Assembly (NCBI GenBank): GCA_963702425.1
Contig: CAVPCQ010000029.1
Span: forward strand, 20,593 to 84,592
Direction: 5' to 3'
Length of the DNA: 64,000 bases
Source: an uncultured Acidobacteriota bacterium
GTDB lineage: Bacteria; Acidobacteriota; Polarisedimenticolia; J045
The notes under the pieces are model-generated. The model was not told the DNA's origin. It searched no databases and saw nothing but the letters and a program-made list of their open reading frames with translations. Shown piece after piece: positions 19,750 to 27,792 of the stretch; position 1 is the first letter of the stretch, and each line of letters starts with the position of its first letter. Made by a program: the position numbers and the translations under genes.

Positions 19750-19766
19750 TGCGACTCATTCGCAAC
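19750..19766. promoter_or_regulatory. Palindromic operator box 2
   Basis: TGCGACTCATTCGCAAC, 15/17 identical to box 1 core. Confidence 0.55.
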
Positions 19767-19796
19767 AAAGACCCGGCGCCGAAGGCTGCAGGAGCC

Positions 19797-20810
19797 ATGA
19801 AACCGCATCCGAAAAAAGTCAGGACCGTGACCGCGGCAGGCTGGCTTGCCCTCGCGGCCGGGGTCCTTCCCGCGGACGCGGCGGCACCCGCGGCCGTCTC
19901 CTCCCCCCCGGTCGTCCGAGCCCGTTGGCTGATGGGGGCGCCGTGCGAGATCCGTGCCTTCGGCTCGCCGGACCGCGTCGGTCCGCAGCTCGACAACGCG
20001 CTGGATCGGATCGCCCAACTCGAACAGGTCATGACCACCTGGCGTCCCGACGGCGAGCTGGCGCGGCTCAACGCGCGCTGCGCGGGGTCCGCGGCGCACG
20101 CCCTGCCGATCCCGGTCTCGCCGGAACTCGCCCGCGCGCTCGCGGTCGCGCGCGACTTCGCGATGCGAACGGGGGGCGCGTTCGACCCCTCGGTCGGCGC
20201 GCTCCTCGATGCCTGGGGCGCGAAGTCCGGCGGGCGCGAACCGTCCCGGGACGAGCTGGCCGGCGCCCTTTCCCGCTCCGGCTGGGAGAACTTCGTGGTT
20301 GCCACCCAGCCGCCGGCCGTGACCTGCCGGCGCGACGGGATGGCCTTCGACCTCGGCGCCATCGGGAAGGGGATGGCGCTCGACGAGGCCGCGGCGATCC
20401 TGCGCGCGGCCGGCGTGACACGCGCGCTGCTCAACTTCGGCGGCCAGGTCCTGGCCCTCGACGCGCCGCCGGGAAGCGACGGGTGGATCGTCGACGTCGC
20501 GGATCCGTCGGACCGCGCGCGCGCGGCGCGCACGCTGACGCTCGTCCGCGCCAGCCTGGCGGTCACCGGCAACGCGGAGCGCGCGATCGAAGCCGGAGGC
20601 CGGCGTCGCGGCCACGTGATCGACCCGCGCACCGGCGAGCCCGTCGACCGGACGTCCGCCGTCGCCGTGATCGCGCCGACCGCGACCGCCGCCGACGCGC
20701 TCTCCACCGCGCTGTTCGTGCTCGGTCCCGGACCCGACGCCGACGCCGTCGCCCTCGCCGGCGACGCGACATTCGTGTTCATGGAGAAGGAGACACTCGA
20801 TGTTCCGTGA
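19797..20810 (+). CDS. apbE: FAD:protein FMN transferase (ApbE)
   Basis: LMG, GAFDPSVG, FDLGAIGKG, GHVIDPRTG, ADALSTALFVLG; GGAG RBS. Confidence 0.92.
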   Translation: MKPHPKKVRTVTAAGWLALAAGVLPADAAAPAAVSSPPVVRARWLMGAPCEIRAFGSPDRVGPQLDNALDRIAQLEQVMTTWRPDGELARLNARCAGSAAHALPIPVSPELARALAVARDFAMRTGGAFDPSVGALLDAWGAKSGGREPSRDELAGALSRSGWENFVVATQPPAVTCRRDGMAFDLGAIGKGMALDEAAAILRAAGVTRALLNFGGQVLALDAPPGSDGWIVDVADPSDRARAARTLTLVRASLAVTGNAERAIEAGGRRRGHVIDPRTGEPVDRTSAVAVIAPTATAADALSTALFVLGPGPDADAVALAGDATFVFMEKETLDVP

Positions 20811-22155
20811 CAGGTTCCAACACGCCCTCGTCGCGGCCGCGCTCTCCCTGGCTGCGGGGAGTCTGCCGCTCTTCGCCCAGGAGACACCCGCGCCGCCTGC
20901 TCCGTCCGCGGAGGAGCTGGCGAACAGGAAGAGGATCGAGGAGCTGGAGCGCAAGCTGGCGGTCCTGGCCGAGGAGCTGCAGGCGCTGCGCGCCGGCGAG
21001 AAAGCCGACGCCGCGCCGACGCCAACGCCGACCCCCGACGAGCCGACGCCGGAAGGGGCCACCGGGCTCGCGCCGGCGGCCTCGAAGGTCTACACCAAGA
21101 CCCGCGGCGTCTCGATCGGCGGCTACGGCGACATGATCTACGAGAACTACGACGCCAGCCGGGACGACGGCACGCCGTCCGACGCGCGCGACCAGATCGA
21201 CTTCCTGCGGGCCGTGTTCTACTTCGGCTACAAGTTCAACGACCGGATCGTCTTCAACTCCGAGATCGAGTACGAGCACGCGACGACGGACGACGAGGGA
21301 GAGGTCGCCGTCGAGTTCGCGTACCTCGACTTCCTCTTCAACGACTACGCCAATGTCCGGGCGGGCCTGGTCCTGGTACCGGTCGGGATCATCAACGAGA
21401 TCCACGAGCCGCCGACCTACCTGGGCGTCAAGCGGCCGGGCGTGGACGGCGTGATCATGCCCACGACGTGGAGCGAACCGGGCGTCGGCGTGCACGGGCG
21501 GTTCGGGCTGTTCAGCTACCAGGCCTACCTGCTGGACGGCCTCGACAGCGAGGGTTTCACCGCATCGGCCGGGATCCGCGGCGGCCGCCAGGCCGGATCC
21601 AAAGCCCTGGCCGAGGACCTCGCGGTGGCGCTGCGCCTCGATCTCACGGGCGTCCCGGGCCTGCTGGCCGGCGTCTCGTTCTACCGCGGCGACTCGGGCC
21701 AGGGGCGCGTGGTGGACGGCCAGACCATCAAGGGCCCGGTCACGCTGTACGACGTGCACGCCGACTGGAAGTGGCGGGGGCTGTGGCTGCGCGGCGTCTG
21801 GTCCGCGGTCGACATCGGTGACGCCGGGCTGATCAGCATCCAGACCGACCAGGCGATCGGCTCCGAGCTGCGCGGCGGGTACGCCGAAGCCGGCTTCGAC
21901 CTGCTCTCGCTGACGAGCGCCCGCAACCAGTCGCTCTACCCGTACGTGCGCTACGAGCGCTACGACACCCAGTCCGAGGTCGCGCCGGGATACCAGTCCG
22001 ACGTCACCGGGGCCAACGACCGCACCGCGATCAGCTACGGGGTGATGTACCGGCCGATCCCCCAGGTCGCGATCAAGGCCGAGTACCAGGACCTGAAGAA
22101 CGCGGCCGGCACCGGCGTGGACCAGTTCAATGCGTCGCTCGGCTACCTGTTCTGA
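20800..22155 (+). CDS. Outer-membrane porin-like beta-barrel with N-terminal coiled coil
   Basis: Signal peptide, coiled coil, IGGYGD, FNSEIEYEHA, VEFAYLDF, terminal GYLF. Confidence 0.8.
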   Translation: MFRDRFQHALVAAALSLAAGSLPLFAQETPAPPAPSAEELANRKRIEELERKLAVLAEELQALRAGEKADAAPTPTPTPDEPTPEGATGLAPAASKVYTKTRGVSIGGYGDMIYENYDASRDDGTPSDARDQIDFLRAVFYFGYKFNDRIVFNSEIEYEHATTDDEGEVAVEFAYLDFLFNDYANVRAGLVLVPVGIINEIHEPPTYLGVKRPGVDGVIMPTTWSEPGVGVHGRFGLFSYQAYLLDGLDSEGFTASAGIRGGRQAGSKALAEDLAVALRLDLTGVPGLLAGVSFYRGDSGQGRVVDGQTIKGPVTLYDVHADWKWRGLWLRGVWSAVDIGDAGLISIQTDQAIGSELRGGYAEAGFDLLSLTSARNQSLYPYVRYERYDTQSEVAPGYQSDVTGANDRTAISYGVMYRPIPQVAIKAEYQDLKNAAGTGVDQFNASLGYLF

Positions 22156-22159
22156 GCGC

Positions 22160-22711
22160 GTGCGCCGCGCCGGGGCGGCGCTCTTCGTGCTGGCCGTGCT
22201 GGTCGCGGCCGGCACGGGGAGCGCGCCCGCCGGCGTCCTCGTCGAGGCCGAAGCCGCGCTGCAGCGGGTCTTCCCGCCGCCGCTCGTCGTCGCGAAGAAG
22301 ACCGCGTTCCTCGACGCGGCGCAGGCGGCCCGCGTCGAGCAGCTCGCCGGCCAGAAGCCGCCCAGCAAGGTCGTCGCCTACTACGCCGCGACCGACCCGG
22401 CGACCGGGAAGCCCGCAGGCTGGGCCTTCGTCGACACCCACATCGTGCGCACGCTGCCCGAGACGGTGCTGGTCGTGCTCGACCCGGCCGGCACGGTCAG
22501 CCGGGTCGAGATCCTCTCGTTCAACGAGCCGCCCGAGTACATGCTCACGGCACCGTGGCTGGCGCAGCTCGGGGGGCGCGCGCTCGACGGCGAGCTGCGG
22601 CTCCAGCGCGGGATTCGCACGATGGCGGGCGCGACGCTCTCGTCGGTCGCGATGACCGATGCGGTGCGCCGCGTGCTCGCGCTGCACCAGGTCCTGGAGG
22701 CCACACCGTGA
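22160..22711 (+). CDS. Exported FMN-binding domain protein (likely ApbE substrate)
   Basis: Signal peptide; flavinylation-type motif AGATLSS near C-terminus; GTG at 22160. Confidence 0.8.
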   Translation: MRRAGAALFVLAVLVAAGTGSAPAGVLVEAEAALQRVFPPPLVVAKKTAFLDAAQAARVEQLAGQKPPSKVVAYYAATDPATGKPAGWAFVDTHIVRTLPETVLVVLDPAGTVSRVEILSFNEPPEYMLTAPWLAQLGGRALDGELRLQRGIRTMAGATLSSVAMTDAVRRVLALHQVLEATP

Positions 22712-23403
22712 CGACGGTACAGCGACTCGCGCTCTGGAGCGCGTCGGCGGTGGCCGGCGCGTCCGGGCTGGCGTACGCGGCGATGAAGTACCTGCTGCCG
22801 CGGAACGACCCGTTCTCGGCCTACGGTCACCCGCTCCAGCCGCACGCGCTGAAGATCCACGTGCTGGCGGTGCCGATCCTCGTCTTCGTCGTCGGCTGGC
22901 TCTACGGTGCGCACGCGCAGCAGCAGCTTCGCGGCGGCGCCGCCTCGGGGCGCGCGAGCGGGCGCGCGATCCTGGCCCTGACGTTCGTGCTCGCACTGTC
23001 GGGGACCCTGGTCCAGGCGTTCGCCGACGCGAGGTGGCGCCCGGCCGCGGCGTGGGTCCACGGGATCACGGGGACAGCGTTCGTCGCCTCGCTGGCGGCG
23101 CACGCGTGGGCCGGTCGGCGCCGCCGGGCGGCCGTCGAGGCCCCGGCGACCCCCTCGACCCCCGCGCCGCGGCGGCCGGCCTATCTGCGGCCGATCGCCT
23201 TTCCGCGGCCGGCAGCCGGCTCCCCTGCGTCGCCGGGGCGCCGCGGCGACGCCCCGGCCGCCGCGCACGGCGAGCCCCGCCACGGCCTCGACGCGGACGG
23301 CTGCGGGGCCTGCCGGGGCTGCGGGATCGCCCTCGTGACGGGCACTCCCGGGCCCGCGGTGCCCGGCTCGGAGCGACCTCACCCGCGAGCTAATCGCGAC
23401 TAA
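22708..23403 (+). CDS. Hypothetical 4-TM membrane protein with intramembrane His residues
   Basis: Four hydrophobic segments with His (KIHV, GAH, WVHG, AAH); GTGA overlap with upstream gene. Confidence 0.65.
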   Translation: MTTVQRLALWSASAVAGASGLAYAAMKYLLPRNDPFSAYGHPLQPHALKIHVLAVPILVFVVGWLYGAHAQQQLRGGAASGRASGRAILALTFVLALSGTLVQAFADARWRPAAAWVHGITGTAFVASLAAHAWAGRRRRAAVEAPATPSTPAPRRPAYLRPIAFPRPAAGSPASPGRRGDAPAAAHGEPRHGLDADGCGACRGCGIALVTGTPGPAVPGSERPHPRANRD

Positions 23404-23495
23404 GGCGAAGTTCGCTTCGCTGGGGACTCGACGCTAAGATCACCTCGATCCCCCCGGCCTCCGACCCGGGGCGCACCTGGAGGCGCAGGTCCCCC

Positions 23496-25883
23496 ATGAG
23501 CGTTGCGAACTTCCCGGCCGGCGTCCCGCGCCGTTCCGCGGCCCCGGTCAAGTCCTGGTGGCTGCGCCTGGTGGACGCGATCGGCAGCGTGACCTTCGGC
23601 ATCTCGATGATGGTCGCCCTGCTGGTCTACTCGTGGCTCGGATCGGCCGGCCTGCAGCCGTTCTACGACTGGTTCCCGCGCCAGAGCGTCGAGCTGACCG
23701 AGATGGAGTGGTTCAACTGGTGGCCGTTCCACCTGATCTGCGCGCTACTCGCGCTCTCGCTGGTTCTCGTCACGATCCGCCGCATCCCGCTCAACCTGCC
23801 GAACCTCGGCGTCTGGACGGTCCACGTCGGGATCCTCGTGCTGATGCTCGGCTGCGTGATCTACTTCGGGCTCAAGCGCGAAGGGGACATGGCGGTCTTC
23901 CGTCGGCAGGCGATCGTGCAGCTGCCGGGCGGTTCGCCGGTCGTGCTGACGCTGCAGCCTGACGAGGAAGCGATCGTGAGCGGCAACGGCCGCGCATACC
24001 GCGTCACGGTCGGCGACCTCAACTCCAGCTACGAGCTGCTCACCGGGACCGACAAGGGTAAGAAGACCCTCTCCGCGCAGCTCGGCTTCCAGCCGCTGTC
24101 GGGCGGTGGGCAGCCCTTCATCCGCCAGCTGCTCGTGGGCTACCCCGAATACACGGAGGACGTCGTCCCCGGCCAGGGGCGCGCGATCAAGCTGCTCGGC
24201 CGGAAGCTGATTGACGACAGCGTGGCGGTCTCGCTCGACTACGCGCCGAACGACCGGATCTTCCTCTACGACCGTGCGGCGCTGATGCTGCGCATGCCGG
24301 GGACCGCCGAGTGGAGCGAATATCCCTTGCGTGGCTTGCCGCGCTACCGGGAGTACGTCGGGTCACCGGATGCCGCGTCCGTCAGCCCGGGCGAGACGCC
24401 GCTGCCCGCGCGCCCGCTGGCCCTCGCACCGCGCCTCAAGGGGACCCCGGCCCCGGGGTTGGAGCAGGTCTCCGCGCGCGTCACGGGCTTCCTCCCCTAC
24501 GCGATGCTCAGCGAGGCGTGGGAAGCCGGCGGTACGGCCTTCAACCCGTACCTGCGCTTCACGGTCCAGGTCGGCAACAGCTCGATGTCCGAGGTCCTGC
24601 TGGCCAACGACCCGGCCCGCAACCACGTGAGGCTCGGCGACAACCTCTTCGACGCGCGCTTCGACTGGGTCGACGACCCGGCCGTGCTCGAGCGGCTCCG
24701 CAGCCCCGGCGCGCCCCGCCTGCGCGCCCGCGCCGGCGCGACCGAGCACGAGTTCCCGCTGGGCGAGGTCGTCGGCAGGGAGTTCGCGCTCGCCGGCACG
24801 CCCTACACGCTGCAGGGGCTCCAGTTCTTTCCGGAGTGGGTCCCGCCCGGCACGCCCGAGGGGGAGCACGGCTCGATGGTGCTGGTCCGCGTGAAGGGCC
24901 CGAAGGGGACCTTCCTGCGCGCGGTCACCGCACCCGACGCGCGGCTCACGCGGGACCTCGACGGCGAGGGGCGCCCGCTCGCGGCGCTGGTCGACGACGG
25001 CATCGTGCTCGAAGCGGGCGGCCTCGTGGAATCCGGGCTGCGGATCGTGGGCGGACGGAACGGCCTCATCGCGCTGCTCGTCAGCGACGGCGGGCAGGTG
25101 ATCGAGCGGCCGCTGACGCCTGGCCAGCCGGTCGAGTTCCTGGACGGCGCGATGAAGCTGACCGTCTGGGAGGCCGGTCCCAACTCGCGCCTGGTGTCTA
25201 AGCCGCGCGTCGTGCCGCGGCACGAGCGGGACTCCAAGTCCGGGCCCCACTACTCGCTGATCCAGGTCGAGTTGGCCGAGGCGGGTCAGCCGCCGGAAAC
25301 GCAGTGGGTCGAGTACAGCCACTACGCGCACCCGAGCCGCGTCGGCTACTACCCGCGCCGCGTGACGCTCGCTTCCGGTCGGCCGGTCGAGCTGCTCTAC
25401 TCGCGCGAGACGCTTCGGCTCCCGGCGCCGGTCGCGCTCGAGGAGTTCCAGCTCGAGGTCTACCCCGGCGGCGAGAAGGAGCGCGACTACAAGAGCCTCG
25501 TGCGCTTCTACGAGAACGGCCGCTGGTCCGACCTGGAAGAGGTCCACAGCAACAACCCGACCGAGCACGCCGGGTGGTGGTACTTCCAGAGCACGTGGGA
25601 CCCGCCCGACGAGCGAGCCGGCTACGCGGGGATGAACTACACCGGGCTCGGGGTCGGCAACCGGCACGGGGTGGGCACGATGCTGCTGGGCTCGGTGCTG
25701 ACCGTGCTCGGCACGCTCTGGGCCTTCTACGTGAAGCCGGTCATCGTGCGCCGGCGGCTCGGCGAGCACCGCGCGGAGATCGCCGGCGCGCCGGAGGACC
25801 TGCCCGACACCACGCGCTTCCCGGCGCAGCCGGCGGCCGCATCCGGCGCCGCGCGCACCCGACTCACGGAGACCGAAGCATGA
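23496..25883 (+). CDS. Cytochrome c biogenesis protein ResB/Ccs1-like (system II)
   Basis: Three N-terminal TMs incl. VHVG, large periplasmic domain, NNP...FQSTW and C-terminal TM; adjacent to ccsA. Confidence 0.8.
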   Translation: MSVANFPAGVPRRSAAPVKSWWLRLVDAIGSVTFGISMMVALLVYSWLGSAGLQPFYDWFPRQSVELTEMEWFNWWPFHLICALLALSLVLVTIRRIPLNLPNLGVWTVHVGILVLMLGCVIYFGLKREGDMAVFRRQAIVQLPGGSPVVLTLQPDEEAIVSGNGRAYRVTVGDLNSSYELLTGTDKGKKTLSAQLGFQPLSGGGQPFIRQLLVGYPEYTEDVVPGQGRAIKLLGRKLIDDSVAVSLDYAPNDRIFLYDRAALMLRMPGTAEWSEYPLRGLPRYREYVGSPDAASVSPGETPLPARPLALAPRLKGTPAPGLEQVSARVTGFLPYAMLSEAWEAGGTAFNPYLRFTVQVGNSSMSEVLLANDPARNHVRLGDNLFDARFDWVDDPAVLERLRSPGAPRLRARAGATEHEFPLGEVVGREFALAGTPYTLQGLQFFPEWVPPGTPEGEHGSMVLVRVKGPKGTFLRAVTAPDARLTRDLDGEGRPLAALVDDGIVLEAGGLVESGLRIVGGRNGLIALLVSDGGQVIERPLTPGQPVEFLDGAMKLTVWEAGPNSRLVSKPRVVPRHERDSKSGPHYSLIQVELAEAGQPPETQWVEYSHYAHPSRVGYYPRRVTLASGRPVELLYSRETLRLPAPVALEEFQLEVYPGGEKERDYKSLVRFYENGRWSDLEEVHSNNPTEHAGWWYFQSTWDPPDERAGYAGMNYTGLGVGNRHGVGTMLLGSVLTVLGTLWAFYVKPVIVRRRLGEHRAEIAGAPEDLPDTTRFPAQPAAASGAARTRLTETEA

Positions 25884-27670
25884 GCCGCCGCCTGGTGATC
25901 GCCTTCCTCGCCGTCCTGGCGCTGGGCACCGCGGCCGCTCCGGCGCGGGCTGCCGACGCGCCGATCCAGCTCTCGGTCGGCAGCGCGTTCGCGGACTCCG
26001 TCGACCTGGCGGCGATCCGCGTCAGCGCGGTCCAGGAGGACGGCCGCGTCAAGACTTTCGACTCGCTGGCCCGCGAGCGGCTGAAGCTGGTCAACAGCTC
26101 GCGCGCGATGCGCGAGATCGACCCGGTGCTGCTCTACCTGGACATGGTCCTGGTCCCCGAGCACTACGCCGGCACGAACGTCATCTTCGTCAAGAAGCCG
26201 ATGATCCGGACGCAGATCACGCAGGGCGTGCGCAGCATCGTGCTGCCCGAGAACCGCCAGGGCGTGATCGCTGAGACCGAGCTGCAGCGGATCGAGCAGA
26301 CCGGGCTGGTGTCGCCGATCTTCCTCGACCAGCCCGCGGTCCGGCAGGTGCTCGCGGCAATGGAGCGCGACCTGATGCGCACCAGCCGCGAGGTCAACGC
26401 GATTCAGGCCGCCCGCAGCCTGTCCGACGCGGGCGTGCTGTTGTCGCTCTGGCGCCCGGTGCCGCCGGTCGGGGGCAGCGAGACCGATCCCTGGCTGACG
26501 GTGGCGCAGGCCGCCCGCGGGATGATGAGCGCGCCGGGGCGCGCGATCCCGGCCGCGACCGGGCTCGCCGAGCGGAGCGCGGCGATCGGCGCAGCCTGGC
26601 AGTCGCTCGAGAACGCCTGGCGCTTCCAGGACGCCGCGGCCGCCGGCCAGGCGCTCAACACGCTGGCGCAGACCTTCGCGCTGGTGGAGCCGAGGCTCTA
26701 TCCGGCGGCGGCGCGCCTGTCGTGGGAGCACTGGTACTACAAGAACGACAAGCTGACGATGGTCTGGCTGGTCTATTTCCTGGCCCTGCCGTTCCTGCTG
26801 ATGGCCACGGTCTACCGGTTCCGCTGGGCGCGGGTCGCCGGGCTGACGCTCTTCGTCACCGGCTTCGCGCTCCAGACCTTCTCGATCGTCCTGCGCTGGT
26901 GGCTGGCCGGGCGGATCCCGAACTCCAACATGTTCGAGGCGGTGACCGCCTCGGCGTGGTTCGGCGCGCTGCTGGCGATCGTGCTGGAGCTCGTCCTGCG
27001 GCGCTGGCCGGTCAAGAACCTGCCCGCGCTCGCGGCCTCCACCTATGCGATGTTCGCGCTGATGCTCGGGCACTTCATGCCGGTCACGCTCAACTCCGAC
27101 ATCTCCACCGTCATGCCGGTGCTCGACCGCACGATCTGGCTCTACATCCACACCAACATGGTCATCGCCTCGTATGCGCTGATCTTCTTCGGCGGGGTGA
27201 CGGCGATCCTCTATCTCGCGGGCCGGGCGCTGAACTCGTGGGCGACGTCGCCGCGCCTCGCCGAGGCCTGGGCCGGCACCGGCGGCACCGGGGCGATCCG
27301 TGGCGGCGCGGGCTCCCTGATCCTCGGGCGCGGCCTGGCCCCCGGCGACGAGAACCGCTCGGGGCTGGCCAAGTCGCTCGACGGCGCGACGATGATCTTC
27401 CTCGAGCTGGCCTTCATCACGCTCTGGGTCGGGACGATCCTCGGCGCGGTCTGGGCCTACTTCTCGTGGGGCCGTCCGTGGGGCTGGGATCCCAAGGAGG
27501 TCTTCGCGCTCAACACCTGGCTGGTCTTCCTGGTGCTGTTGCACGTCCGCTACAAGGTCAAGGACAAGGCGCTCTGGACCGCGATCCTGGCGGTGATCGG
27601 CTGCGCGGTGATGATCTTCAACTGGGTCGCCGTCAACTTCGTGATCGTCGGCCTGCACAGCTACGCGTAG
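25880..27670 (+). CDS. ccsA: Cytochrome c biogenesis protein CcsA/ResC with N-terminal periplasmic domain
   Basis: WWD motif WGRPWGWDPKE, WLYIH, LLHVR, terminal GLHSYA. Confidence 0.92.
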   Translation: MSRRLVIAFLAVLALGTAAAPARAADAPIQLSVGSAFADSVDLAAIRVSAVQEDGRVKTFDSLARERLKLVNSSRAMREIDPVLLYLDMVLVPEHYAGTNVIFVKKPMIRTQITQGVRSIVLPENRQGVIAETELQRIEQTGLVSPIFLDQPAVRQVLAAMERDLMRTSREVNAIQAARSLSDAGVLLSLWRPVPPVGGSETDPWLTVAQAARGMMSAPGRAIPAATGLAERSAAIGAAWQSLENAWRFQDAAAAGQALNTLAQTFALVEPRLYPAAARLSWEHWYYKNDKLTMVWLVYFLALPFLLMATVYRFRWARVAGLTLFVTGFALQTFSIVLRWWLAGRIPNSNMFEAVTASAWFGALLAIVLELVLRRWPVKNLPALAASTYAMFALMLGHFMPVTLNSDISTVMPVLDRTIWLYIHTNMVIASYALIFFGGVTAILYLAGRALNSWATSPRLAEAWAGTGGTGAIRGGAGSLILGRGLAPGDENRSGLAKSLDGATMIFLELAFITLWVGTILGAVWAYFSWGRPWGWDPKEVFALNTWLVFLVLLHVRYKVKDKALWTAILAVIGCAVMIFNWVAVNFVIVGLHSYA

Positions 27671-27792
27671 GCGAGCCGGGGGCGCCGCTTCCGGCCGCGG
27701 GCATACCCCCGATGGCGAACGACGGGGGTACGCTGGTAAGGTCTTGCCTCCCCGAGACCCGCGCCGGTCCTGCCGGGCGACCCACGGAGCGC

